DNA of 41,255 nt from Polymyxa betae A26-41 (taxonomy: Eukaryota > Protista > Endomyxa: Phytomyxea): NCBI GenBank assembly GCA_003693705.1, contig RBZT01000558.1, forward strand, positions 1 through 41,255, given 5' to 3'. The notes below the pieces were generated by a model. It was not told the origin of the DNA. It ran no database searches and worked only from the letters and a program-made list of their open reading frames with translations. Position numbers and translations under genes: made by a program. Numbering within the stretch: the first letter of the stretch is position 1; every line of letters begins with the position of its first letter. Below, piece by piece: positions 1 to 12,531 of the stretch.

Positions 1-504
1 GTCATGCCCATTGGGCATGACAGAAGATCTATTGCAATTACAAACATGCTGGGCAACGGTCCCGCGGCATTTTCGATGGCGCAATCTCCAACAGAAACGA
101 ATCTTGGCGAGAATCCTGACAGGATTTCGGTCATGCCACCAGCAAAGCGAGGTCGCTCTTCAACGAACGATGATATCAATCGGGTAGGGTTTTATTATTG
201 CATCATTCAAACTCTAACTTTTCTTACCATGCCTTAGATCCGCACTTATTTGTATTTTGAATAGGAGCGTTCCAACCGACAATCATAGGGCTGAGACAAG
301 AAATGCCGATACTTTCAAACAGAGTTTACTAAGGATACCAATATGCCGGCAATTTGAGGGAGCGATCGCTTCAGAATTTCGGCGCAGTACAGTATCTGAT
401 TTTTCCTCTAACTACGAATAAAGTTGAAGATGCCTTATCCATTGGTGTGGTTGGAAGTTGCAAGGCACAGAAACGCTGAATCGACAACATATTCAAGACA
501 ACGA

Positions 505-600
505 GCAGATCCCATACAAAGCATAGTGGATTGAGGCCGCGCTGTCCACTAGGGGTCAGCGCGGCCTCTATATCCACTAGTGGACAAAACGTTCGACCGT
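505..600. mobile_element. Partial copy of the MITE at 15311-15442 (internal hairpin plus right TIR)
   Basis: gaggccgcgctgtccactaggggtcagcgcggcctc...ccactagtggacaaaacgttcgaccgt is near-identical to 15345-15442; the left TIR is missing. Confidence 0.7.
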
Positions 601-1286
601 CTAAAGATTGTCAAAGCAACCTGTTAGATGATGACAAATTTTCCAAAAATGTGAATGAATGAGTTTCTGTTGTGCAGAAGGATTAGTCCGCTCCGGAATT
701 CATTTAGAGTTTGAGAAAGGCCATGGTCTAGATCGCGCTCGGCAGGCGCCATGCAATTTTTTGACGAGAAATGAGCCGACCTGTGAATATTCAGTCCAAA
801 ATACATCATCCTCATTCTGTTGGGTGATTTGAACGGAGTGAATCTCGGCCTTGGCGCAGGGGTGTGGCAATATTCACAACGACCCTGTCCAAACCCTAAC
901 AACAGGCTGTAGACGTTTGCCTCTTTGCGAGGCCCTGACGGGTCCTCAACTTGTTTATTGGAGTAAACTAGCACGACCTCATTGTGTTAGTTCTGATGGC
1001 ACCCTTAATACTCAGCTCTACATCCCATCATCTGAAGATTTTGAAGCCATCAAGTATATTTCAGTCGTTAATTTTGACAATAACGCCGTCCGTGGACTTC
1101 AATGCATCGATCGATCCCTTTTATTTCTGGAGTACCGTATGCTGTCACTCTAACTTGTGGTACTCCTTGGTATGCACGATCTCTGTGTAACACGTAAGCC
1201 TGTAACAAAACCCGCAACAATTAAGAACCATAACGTCGAAACGCCAGTCGCTACATTTTATCCAAATCAAACACATAGTCAAATGG

Positions 1287-2570
1287 TTAGGCAGATTGCG
1301 GTCTGTCTTCGTTAACGTGAAGATCATCGTCATTGTCTTCCTCGTCAGCGATAGGTTCATGTTGGCCAGACACAGGTCTACAGCTGTTGTAATGATCGCC
1401 ATCATATGTTAGATGAATGGTCGCCTTCACGGACTTGTCCGGATGCCTCACCACCATACGGTTCCGCCTGAACCTATGAATGATAATGTTACATTCGTAT
1501 ACGAAAGCAGCCGCCTGAAGTTCCAGATGTCCGCCCCAGACGCCATTGCAGCTCATTCGCCTGCAGTATCTCTCGACGGATTCTTCGCCCAGGTACGGAG
1601 CGAACCATTCTTGGTGCGTGAGGATGTGATGCACGATACGATCACGGACGATGGAGGGCGCGGGAATAGAATTGAAATCTGTATATAGGAGCTGGTCGGC
1701 TATCGATGAGAACAGGCAGTTACCGTCAGCCATGACTTCCTTCACCGACAGATGCTCTTCGTCTAGCAATTGCTTTGCGAACATAGAGGACTATAGAAAT
1801 CATTCAATAGAAATTGAGCAGCATTTGTTAGCCAGAGGAACAGAGAAATTCATTCTTCAATCGAAAGTTTTCTCGCAAAGATAACGAAATAATAGGTAAT
1901 GTTACTTCGAGTCTCTTTCGCTCCCAATTGTATCGCATATAGATAGACTTTAAGCTAGGATGGGCAAAATCAGCTCGACACATTGGACATAGCATGAAGT
2001 GAAACGAAAGCGCCGGATTAGAAAATCAACAGGACAGAAATAAAACGAAACGAATTACAAGGTGGAATACTGACCCATTCTTCAATCTCCGAAGCACACA
2101 ATCATGATGGAAGATGTGGCCACATTTGGGCTAAATGCAATGAGCTGAACCCAGGCTGTCTTTATAGCAGATAGTACAAATCTCGTCCTGTTTTAAACAT
2201 CGAGGATCAGACGATCATTGCTGATGCATTCGGCATGACGTACTGCAATACGATGGCCATCTTCATCCGGACATTGTAAGCAGGGCAGACACGAACGTTC
2301 ATAAGGGATCCCCAAACATTGGTGATGGCATGGAAGGACATTCTTGCAGGCACGTTGGCCTTTGGCCATGCATTCGTCATTCTTTGGGGATTTCCAGCAT
2401 AACATCGATGTTAGAGATGACCCAATCTGGCCATGGTCTCCGGGCGAGTCGCTCGTTGACGGTCTCGAGATCGACAGCACTTTGCGAAAGGACGCCTCCG
2501 TTTGCTGAAGACTGCATGCAAGAACCAGCACGACCAGCGCCAGTTCCGACAGCCTCGACCAAGGAGCCAT
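1287..2570 (-). pseudogene. Secreted MYCBP2-like Zn-finger + RING-H2 + OTU deubiquitinase fusion, probably disabled
   Basis: Exons 2570-2244, 2187-2075, 2026-1906, 1790-1287. Signal peptide MAPWSRLSELALVVLVLACSLQQTEA; ACKNVLPCHHQCLG..CLPCLQC; RING CTIC..CGHIFHHDC..CPMC; OTU DGNC..WGG..HYNS. In-frame TAG at 2131-2133 where paralogs have Gln, and intron 2027-2074 ends TG instead of AG. Confidence 0.75.
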
Positions 2571-2861
2571 AGCGATAATTTGCATCTGGGTGGGGCCCGG
2601 AGCCGTGAGACGGGTCAAACACGACCTAAAACCCTAACGCACGGGAGCTTTGACATAAGGCCGGGGGTTCAACTCTCTCAGCTGATGATGATTTTTTGTT
2701 TTCTGATTTCGCGAATTCTTTTTTTGATTAGCATTTACAGAATAAATCTTCGAAAAAAAAGAGATAATTGTTTATGAAAGTTTGAGAAATGTGGGTTATT
2801 GTCAGGTCCTGCTCGCCAGTCCAGGATGCGGCCGAATTACACATGATGTATACGACCAATG

Positions 2862-4885
2862 TTATGCAGACTGGGATGAACGAACTGCTTCTGGCAGGCA
2901 GACAGGACACAAAGATGAGGGAGGCAATCCCCGAGCCCTATGACAATCGTGTGTTAAGATCGATGATGGATTAAGCAGGATGTAACTGTTGCGTTACCCC
3001 TGTTTAACTTGCTTTTGAATACACGAGCTATGGACAATATGTTGACATTGGAGCTGTACACAGGGAGCTGATGATAGAATATCTTCATAGCAGACGCAGC
3101 AGAACTCCTCCTAAAATATTCACAAAGTTCACATAATAGATATTTAATACAGAATTTCAAACAAGTGAACAATAAAGAATGAGGGAAATTTTCAAAGTAA
3201 GATTTTCACAAAGTTCGTTTAAGAGATATTTCATACATATTCTCTACAAGTTAACAATAAAGAATGAAGTAAATTTTCAAAGCATTGAGTCGAAAGATAA
3301 TGGAAAGGCATTGAAAGAGGCGAATAAAAACAGCACGGAAAAATATCAGAAAAGAAAACTGACTGACTCCAGCAATATTGCGATTCTCATCAGGACATAT
3401 TAAGCATGGCAAACATGCAGATTCATTAGCGATACCGGTGCATGGATGTCCGCATTGCAGGGTCCTTCTACAGACCTGTTTCGCTTTCGATCGGCATTCC
3501 TTGGCACTGCAGACATTCGGTAGAGGTCCTCGACCACCTTCACGAATCACCAATTCACAGAAACGGCATTTCGACTTGCAATACTGCTTGAAGGCGTCAC
3601 AATCAAATCCGTTATGATAAGGGCTGGTCGAACAGGATCCGCAGAACTCAACCAGACAGCGACATCGGAATCGATTCTGAGCGCGGTGTTCGAGTGTGGC
3701 CGGGGTCATCTCGGATCCATCGATGGTGCGGATCTCGCCGTGATCGGCAACAGCGCCTGGAACCCTCTCGAATACATCCTTACAGGCAGGGCAGCGAATC
3801 ACGATACCCGCAGAGATCAACTCGTCGAAACTGGCCGACTCCAGGCCATCGTATTCAAATTCGGATAACAGAGGCCGGTATAACGACGGCGGAATCGGAC
3901 AACCGCAACCTTTGATACAATGAGGAAATATTCGTCGCAATACCGCAAATGAAAATTTTACAAAAAACTCGCAAAAAAGGTAATTATTATGAAGAATACA
4001 TTATAAAAACTACTGAATGCTTTCAAATTGAGATCATTGATGGCAACACGTAATAACAGAGACAGGGATTACCATTGATAGGGCAGGACGTTCGCGTAGT
4101 GTAGCCGGCTTTAGTGTTGATAAGTGAAGCTCGAAGACATGATCGACAGATGAGATGGGGACAGACCTCCATCTTCATAATATCCACCAGACCACATAGC
4201 GAGCATCCAGGAGCAGCCTTCGCTAATGCCGGATAACAAGAGCTATCAAGCTGCAGATCAGAAGTATCCGCTGATATTGTCCCAGGCTGTATGTTGGATT
4301 TAAGTTCAATAAACTGAGATTGTGGTGGTGACAGAACTTGTGCTGAATACTCCGTGTTATTACAAATATCAACACTGGCAGATCTACAGGTTATTTTCTG
4401 GAAAATACGGCTGATACACGACATAATCGACTAAGGTAATGTTACACGACCCTGTTGACACGGCGTGGCCTGGTAACGTCGACATGTCCGGCCCTGATGA
4501 TAGGGCGAGGCCGCACACAGCCCGCAGAAATCCGTCTCACAGCCACCACGTCCGCATTGATAACGGTGTTGGCGGCGATGGCCTCGGCCAATCCACGGCA
4601 TCGCGACGTCGTCGTCCGGCTTAACACCGACCTCGTTACAGGTCGGACAGCGGACGGCGTCCGCGCAGGAATCATCACAGAAGGCGACGTCGGTCTTATC
4701 CACCTGCGGGCATCTCTCAACCAAAGATGATCGAGTGGATCCTGGGGCCAGTACGTACGACGGGGGGGGGGGGTGTCGGGCAGAAGCGAAGGCTGCCCGG
4801 ATCCGGATGGGACGGTGGCCAGGGCACCGCCGCCCAGGACCAGTACGACCAGGACCAGGTCGAGTAGCGGCAGGAGGCGGGTCAT
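2862..4885 (-). CDS. Secreted IBR-like/RING1-like/IBR + MYCBP2-like Zn-finger + RING-H2 E3 ligase-like protein (frameshifted at a G12 run)
   Basis: Exons 4885-4446, 4397-4073, 3909-3368, 3110-2998, 2937-2862, all GT-AG. Signal peptide MTRLLPLLDLVLVVLVLGGGALA; two IBR-like CPxC..C..C..FC..C..PYH.G..C modules; CSLC..CPHLICRSC..CP RING1-like; CRFC..CGHPCTG..CLPCL; RING CCVC..CQHIVHSSC..CPVC. One base is missing in poly-G 4762-4773. Confidence 0.7.
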
Positions 4886-6450
4886 GCTGGATCAGGAGGA
4901 ATGCGACCCGTAGAGCGGTAGGAGGTAGGATCACGGGATGGACGAGATGGGCGCAGTCCGTCGAACGCCGTACTGGTCCTGGTCCACCAACTGTCCACAT
5001 TTTGCGGCCGGATGAGAAGGACGTGACGGAAGTCAACGCCCGCCAGTGCCCGTTTGATCGATCGAGGTCCAGTATGTCTGCACATGCTGGACTTGGAAAT
5101 CCGGGCTGTTTTCCCGCGACTGTTTCGTTACCGTAGGGTTTAGCGTTGAATATGGCATCTGTTGGTCTCATTCATCGATACCTAGGTGGATTACGTTACT
5201 GTCTCCACTCTCCACTCAGATCTATAAAATATTTCTCAAAATTTATTGGAAGTTATTAGTGTAACGTACTTGGCAGGGGCAGATACGGGTTTTGGGCAAG
5301 TACTCTCGTTACAACAGATTCGGAGTCGCACTCCAATTACCGCATTGTAAAATCGTTTCTAGAAGTAGTCAGGGATGGTGACGAGATATTTGCCATCAAG
5401 AGTGACCCATAGATACAATTCACCATCACCTGGGAAGGATTCCTCGGTGGGCGTACTGGACCGGGCCAGATACGCTTCATTTGCCTGACCTCAGCCACAA
5501 TAGGCTCTGAACGTATGGAAATCATGGCTGAATATTTTGTGAGGAATCTGCCAGATATGCGGGCCATTGCTAGTTGCAAAGCGGAAAGCCTCCTGAAATG
5601 TCAAACTCGATTTTTTGCACATTATGTGATTGTGAAACTAGGTCGATTACCTGTCACAAACTGAGAGGATATTCCTGAAAACATTTCATATTAGAGTCTC
5701 TCTTTTATGCAACGAGTTATCTCAATTATATATTCGGATTCAGCTCTGTTTAGTTCCGTTTCATTAACACGTTTTATTATGGAACGTTTTAGGTAAAATT
5801 GGTTTTCACTAAACTTTATTGATTTTACGGCTCCCTTAAAGACGCATTTCAGAAAGACAAAAGATTACGGGAATACTGGGAAAAGTTCGGGAACTTGACG
5901 GCAGCGCCAGAAATGACCTTTTGTGGAAAGTTCCATCACCCACAGTTGAATACATTCAACAAACTAGACGATTCTACTCTATAACAGCGTCTCCATCGAT
6001 AAAACATGCCATCTATTGCTATATAGGCCGTGGTATGATGTCCAACATAATCTATCAATATGGAAACTGTAGCGACATTCAGAGACCTCAGATTCCATTC
6101 TCACGGAAAGTTCAACTTCCAATCTAAAAGAGGCTGTTTGAGCACGTGCTGAATGATTTTTTCCTTTTTTTTTTCGTTTTTAAGGTTTGATAATTGTTGC
6201 CACAAATTGTCTTTTGTGATGCATTAAAATTTTGAAATCTGAAAGATGAGGAGAAGGCCATACAAGAGCGGCCACAATTATCTTCGGCCGTTCATTAACA
6301 ACATCCCGATCGCAGGTCGCCACAAATCCGCTCGCTCCTGCAATTCGTGGTGATCGGCGCCAGTACGACCGGGTCGTGACCCCCCGATCCACGGACCTCG
6401 GCTCACTCTCCATCATCGCTCGGTTCGCATCACTACCCGACGTCGCAAGC

Positions 6451-7527
6451 ATGTCGCTGACCAGCACGACCACGACGACCGCGAGCAGCAGCAGCAGCGG
6501 CGGCTTCCCGGGCAGCCACGTACTGGCCCAGGCCCGCATGTGGAGCCATCTGCTGATGATGACGATGATGTGGATGGCGACGGCGATGATGATCTCGCTG
6601 TTCTATCTGGTCCGACAGATGGCTGATTGGATGTTGACGCCGTCTGCAGGCCAATGTCCTCATCCGGGTGATGTCGTGTTAGTAACGGGGGCGACCTCGG
6701 GCATTGGATTATCCGCGGCTCTGCATCTCCGCGATAAAGGGTTCCAGGTGTTCGCCGGCGTCCGGAAAGATCAGGATTTCACCAAGCTGAAGAATATGGG
6801 ATTGATGCCCATTAAGATTGATGTGTCGAGCAGCGATCAGATTCAGAAGGCGGTGAAGAAGGTGGAAGGGTTTCTGGGCCAACGTGGCGATGTTGCATTT
6901 GCTGGTCTGATTAATAACGCGGGGGTCTGTATTCCCGCACCTCTGGAAGATCAACCAGAGAGCGATCTGCGCGATATGATCGACACGAACCTGCTCGGAG
7001 CGGCGCTCGTGACGAGGGCGTTCCTGCCCCTGATGCGACGCTACTCGTCGCGTCTGATCTTCACGGGCTCCGTCAGCGGATATCTGCCGCAGCCCGCCGT
7101 CACCATCTACACGGCCACCAAGTACGCGATTCGAGGGTTTGCGCTCTCTCTGGCCGGAGAGCTGCGTCCATTCGGCATTTCGGTGTCCGTCGTTGAGCCA
7201 TCCCAGACCGCCACTCCCATCTTTAATAAAGCGCAGACGGCGCTCGATCGTCTGGAATGTTCGCCCGAATACAATGGGCTGGTACGCCTCGTCGATGGGT
7301 ACAACAAGATCCTGGTTCGTATGGTGGCGATCAAGCCGGAGCAGTCGTCCGACCACGCTCTGTACGCGGCGCTCACGTCCAAGTATCCGCGTCTGCAGTA
7401 TCGCACGTCATGGATGGGCACACTGCATCACTGGGTGTCTATGTTTCCACCCGAACTGTCTGTTGATAAGATGGTAACATTAGCGTATCGAGCTCTGTAT
7501 GGAATGACGCAGGGATGGTCGTGCTGA
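6451..7527 (+). CDS. Short-chain dehydrogenase/reductase (RDH/17beta-HSD-like) with N-terminal membrane anchor
   Basis: VLVTGATSGIG Rossmann motif, NNAG, catalytic S and YTATK, VSVVEP; intronless; start could be 6451 or 6538. Confidence 0.9.
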   Translation: MSLTSTTTTTASSSSSGGFPGSHVLAQARMWSHLLMMTMMWMATAMMISLFYLVRQMADWMLTPSAGQCPHPGDVVLVTGATSGIGLSAALHLRDKGFQVFAGVRKDQDFTKLKNMGLMPIKIDVSSSDQIQKAVKKVEGFLGQRGDVAFAGLINNAGVCIPAPLEDQPESDLRDMIDTNLLGAALVTRAFLPLMRRYSSRLIFTGSVSGYLPQPAVTIYTATKYAIRGFALSLAGELRPFGISVSVVEPSQTATPIFNKAQTALDRLECSPEYNGLVRLVDGYNKILVRMVAIKPEQSSDHALYAALTSKYPRLQYRTSWMGTLHHWVSMFPPELSVDKMVTLAYRALYGMTQGWSC

Positions 7528-7922
7528 TCCATTTTGTGGATACGTTTCAATACAGGACACCACTTTTGATACAGCAAAGCGTCGGTTTGTGTGCTGAGTA
7601 TCAACCCTAACCCTAGATTGCATGAAAAACGCATGAACTCGGACATTCGGCCATCTGATCGGGATCCTAATTCCAGTACTTTTTAAGATCTTTTATGAGG
7701 AATGGTGGACTTAAACTGAACCAGTTAATAATGCATACAAGATGATGGATACGGCCATACGACCTCTTGTTTATAGCACCTCCTATGGCAGAATCAACAT
7801 AGAGCAAGGCAGGTAACGAGATTTTCTGTTGTGGCTAGGGTTTACGGCAGGCCGGTTTAAATATGGTAACTAATAAGTTTTATTTTCCTGAATTTGGGCA
7901 ATTATAAATAGATTCCCAAATT

Positions 7923-10427
7923 TCAACCGGCCTGTTTTACAGTATGATGGAATGATTGGAGCTCGAGGCCCTGGCAGAGCCCACCATGTTTTTCGATCAT
8001 TTATTATAGCTACAGGAGGTCATTTTGTATTGGTCAAAACTGCCTGTAATAAGTGTAGAAGATGGTGCGACACCATTAGGTGATGTATTAGACGGCATTG
8101 ATCCTAACACTCCCTATTCACTGCCATAAGCATGCCTCTTATAAACTCGAATTGAGATCGAAATTTGACACATCCGTGTTTGATGGGGAATCTGTCTCCC
8201 CCAAATCAGGGCTATATATGAAGGTCTAATGTGAGAAAGATGATCTTTTAAGAAGGAACTTTCATGACAGCTAACCGAGAGTGAAAGTACTATGAGATTC
8301 GACAATATATTGCGAACGAATTCCAACCGTGGTTTCTGCTTGCAGATAGTTCGGAATTTTTGATCATTCTAAATCGGCAATATCCAGCCATGATGCTATA
8401 TGGGGAATGAGGAATGATCAGTCCAACTGAGGTCTGAATTCGGTCAATTAGCCGTTCTTTAACATTCTCTCCGAATCCTTTCCCGAAATCTATTGATGAT
8501 GTTACTCAGCAGCTGGGTTCACTCCTTTTACTGTAACCAGCATTTCCAGTGCAGCAATATTCCAAATTAAGGTCGTTGTTGGAAATCGGGAACTTGTTCG
8601 ACTGAATCTTTGACATTTGCCTACTGAAGGAACCAACAAGTGCCGCCTTTGAACCAAAAATATCGGAGAGCATTAAATCATTGTCAATGTTAGAAGGACA
8701 CGATTCCAAGAATGACAGTTTTAGAGAATGACCAAATATCCGAGTAAATGTTGAGATCCGGCCTGATATAAATCCGAACCCGAAATTTTCTAAACAACAG
8801 CCAACCCGTTCTCCGAAGATGAATTCTATGGCTGATAGTGTAGATTCTGCGATTGTTACCTTACTTTATCATTTCCACATCCTTGAATTGGCGACAACCT
8901 GTTAGATGCCGAGTTCATGGCGAATGAAGAGACGCCTATGAGATCCTGTTATGATTGACTGTAGAGTTATCCTCGTTCTAGTTCAAGCCAGGACCAGCTT
9001 CTCGTTCATTCATTTACAGCATAATGTCAAAGGATAAAGGACGAGGAAATATAAACAGATTATAGTAATACCCACTCCTGAAGGCAGATAATTCTTGGCC
9101 CATAAAGGAATTATATAGAATGGCAAGTATAGAAAGAGAGAAACAACAATGAAAGCAATCACACCCAGAATCAGACCCTGAATTAGCAATTTCAATTTTG
9201 AAATAAATGGAGGTAAACATCTATCAGTGAATGACAGCAATCAACGACAAATGACAATATGAAAGCAGTAATATAAAGAAGAAATGTTTCAATGATGACA
9301 AAGAAACGAACCTCATGTTGAACTAATCTGACCCAGAAGATTAGAGAGATAAGAAAGAAGCTGAGCAAGCCAATAGCGACGGCGGTGGGTATGACGTGAA
9401 CTATCCATAATGAAGGGACAAATGTTGGTAGCAATGCAGTGATAATCAACATTGTTAATAGTACACGATTCTGCCGCATATCTGATGGATTCCAGAACTG
9501 TTCCAAGAGGTAATCCTAAAGCGTATGAATCAGAAATCTGAAGCGTGAAAACAGAGATGAAGAAAAGAGGAAATAACGAGTCCGAAAGCATCAACAGTAA
9601 ATTCTGTAAATGAATCAGCAATCATGAAGACCACCTTAATTTGGCTGAAAGGGGAAATAACACGCCAGATTCTGTCGAATGCAGCAGAGCGGGCAGAAGC
9701 ATTCTGATGTATTATGGTCAATGTGATGACGGAAAATCAATACAGACTCACAGGTTGATTTTGAACATTTCTTGGTCGCATCTGTATGAAACATAAGAGA
9801 TCAGAATATAAAAAATTCGGAAGGGATTTCCTACCGGATCGGAGATGGTTTCGGATACAGCAAGAGATGGTTGTATATGTTCCTGATATATCTTCAGACA
9901 ACGTTCGTGAACATTTCAGGAGGCGAGATTACGAACCTGATGGGACGAAAAATCGATCTGCCATTGCTGAACGGCGGGAGCCCGTACAGGTTTACAATTA
10001 TACCATTGTTCGAGATCATTTTCAAGCCCATGATAGGCCCACAAATTCCTGTCCCGGACTACATCATTACAGGGAGGTAGATCTCAGCATCTGCTGTCAT
10101 TCCAACCAAAAAATTCGACTAAATGTTATCTTTGAAAAAAAAAACATTGAAAGTTGCTGATGAAATGAATCTTTGTCCGGTGACGGTCAATAAACGAAAA
10201 CAGAGGATAAACGGAGACGTACTGTCCATGGTGATATCCGCATGGTTTGGTATTATGGGGGACTTGCGAATCGGGGCATTCTGCGGCGTCGTACCATGGG
10301 TGAAGAGGCCCGTGACTCGCGTCCGGAACTCCGAGGTGTTCGAACGGCTGCGACCCGCTGCCTGCGCTTGTCCAATGACTGACAGTCCTACAAGCATCAT
10401 TGCAGGAGCCAGAACTGCAGACGGCAT
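7923..10427 (-). CDS. Multi-exon hypothetical protein with signal peptide and several TM helices
   Basis: Signal peptide MPSAVLAPAMMLVGLSVIGQAQA; GT-AG joins link the ORFs at 9530-9721, 9192-9506 and 9010-9240, which are rich in hydrophobic helices; 3' exons and end are uncertain. Confidence 0.45.
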
Positions 10428-12531
10428 GACCTGAAACGACCAGAAATGCCACTCCGGGAAAAAAGACAGCTGCGCACTCCGCGTTACACCTTGTGACTGA
10501 TGGCTTGTCGGACGTCTTCGTTACTTTTCGTGCATAATTCATTCATAATACATTTCTCCCTACGAGTTGAAGAATACCATACCGAAAATTTATAATAAAA
10601 ACACCATAAAACTTCCAATAGACCTCATAGCTGTTAGGGTTAGGGTTGTCTGACTTGCGAAGGACCAACAGGATTCTAAGGTGGCCAATTGTTTTGATAA
10701 TCCACGACGATGTCCTTGAGCCCTACTCATTGTTCAGAACAATGTCCATCTACTCGTCGTACTGGAGCCGATTCTGGCATCATCATGGTATGAAGATTGT
10801 GGCGCCCGAATGTATTCGAGAATGGTTTCATTTAATGATTCTAATTCGTGAAACAAACCGGCCTGCTCTGCTGCTACCGTCTCCCATTTTTTAAAGGGTT
10901 ATTGAGTGAAACAGCCTTCCATGGATCATGAAGCCACACCATTCGATTATAACGGTCTTGATGCGATTCACCAAAACCTTCAAACTGTTATTAAAGATCG
11001 AAAGTCTTGCCTGTAAAGCGTATAGAAAAGGTTCTTTTTCATTTAAGGAACAAATTATTTCCTTTTGATGTCAAAGGGGAATAATGATTCCGTCGCTTCA
11101 AACAAAAGTGATCCGACCCGGTTTCAGCAGAGACTAGATAAAAAATGTGTTTTTCTAATCTCTGGAATGAGTATCATATGCGAGAGGATATCAGTCTTGG
11201 ATATCCGAAATCTCTACCTCCAGATAGTTCCTATTCAATTCCAACATTCCCTTCAGGTTTCTGGAAGGAACGCGGACACAAACATTCGAATCCCCTCTAT
11301 GGCCAGCTGGTTATCAAGAAGGGTCATACTGTTCCGGCCCAAAAAAGCATTCATTGCGGACATAGGCTCGTGATCCAATCGAAAGAGACTTGACATTTCA
11401 ATCACCGGTTGGCAGCTTCAGACTGAGACGATCTCAGACAGCATGGAAAGAGCATTTATGGTAAAGCGAACATCAATGATCACGGTTGAATGGAAGAAAT
11501 CCGAACTCGCTGATTCAGTGTTAATCTCGGATTTTGTAGAGTTCACGGTACTGCTGATGTTATCAATGACATAATGGCTGAGTAAGAAACAGAGAGTTCC
11601 AATCGATTTTTTATCATGCAGTTTGTTAGAGGTAAGAGCATAGCTTTATATCAATGCTAAAGGACAATCGAGCTTGCTATAATGGAGCAATTCTCCTAAT
11701 TCGGTTGCTCTCAATCCTTAAGCTCTCTGCAGAAGCAGAAGTGATAGATCTTGTTGCCAGTATTTAGGTCAAGAAATCAAACGCAACATGAGGAAAATTG
11801 GTCTGGAATTTAATAAAACTTTTCTATCATTCGGGACTATGTGGATTTCCATCCAGCTCTCTTTAATCGTGTTACCGATGCGGATCATCTTACCTCTGTA
11901 ATTTCTGATAGGGCGTTTATAACAAAGAGATTGGCGCCGCCCCCGGAAGCCCAGGTCGTGAAACAAGACGGCAAACTGCAGATCTCATAAAGGGAAACAT
12001 TTTCGCGTAAAAAAAACACGGAGGCGGTCGGCCTCATAGTGGCGAACACAGACTCGTCCTTCGGGCGCTGCGCATCGTATCGGTCGTCTTCAGCGTACGC
12101 AGGGACACTTCAATCAACGCCAATTGGAACGATTTCAACATAGTCCGTGGGCTGACAATAAATCCAAATGTAGTTTCGTCACTCATCATTGAAACAAAGG
12201 CAGACCCACGGGTTTATTTACGCTACCAGTCGCAGAGTCGTTCGGCAAACTCGGCAGCAATAATGCCGAATGAGAGCTTGACAGGGAAAGAGAGATCTAC
12301 TTGAGGCATGAAACCCTAACCCTAACATCCAATTAGGCTCTATGACTATCAACGGAGTCCAGGCAGGGTCAATCCCGAATTCAAAGAATCTGTTTATGTG
12401 AGATATTTGGGAGAGTTACGAAATTGTTTCGATCGCAGGAGGATCTCCGATTCCAACTGCTGCTGTCTTAAACACGATATACATAATTCATTCAACATTT
12501 CATCTGGCTATAAAGCAAATGTCAATAATAA

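Noticed and set aside
2131-2133. Ciliate-type code (TAR=Gln), suggested by two in-frame stops at Gln positions and mostly TGA gene ends
   Set aside because: The long conserved ORFs (SDR, ArgC, OTUs) contain many Gln codons and no internal TAR; simple C->T transitions in already damaged genes explain it
6709-7356. Long antisense or alternate-frame ORFs (also 13504-14208, 28648-29346, 36192-37007)
   Set aside because: Shadows of GC-rich real exons
7848-7934. 87-bp element with CAGGCCGGTT inverted ends
   Set aside because: No target duplication and no second copy in the window
12170-12192. Hammerhead-like TGATGAG..GACGAAAC on the minus strand
   Set aside because: The core C is missing (ATGATGA) and no convincing stems I/III were found
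10650-12310. Possible multi-exon gene or HD motif (VLFHDLG) on the minus strand; similar fragments at 1-1150, 5180-6100, 17397-17900, 25900-26660, 29590-30190 and 31780-32700
   Set aside because: No consistent open spliced model or family motif could be supported by eye
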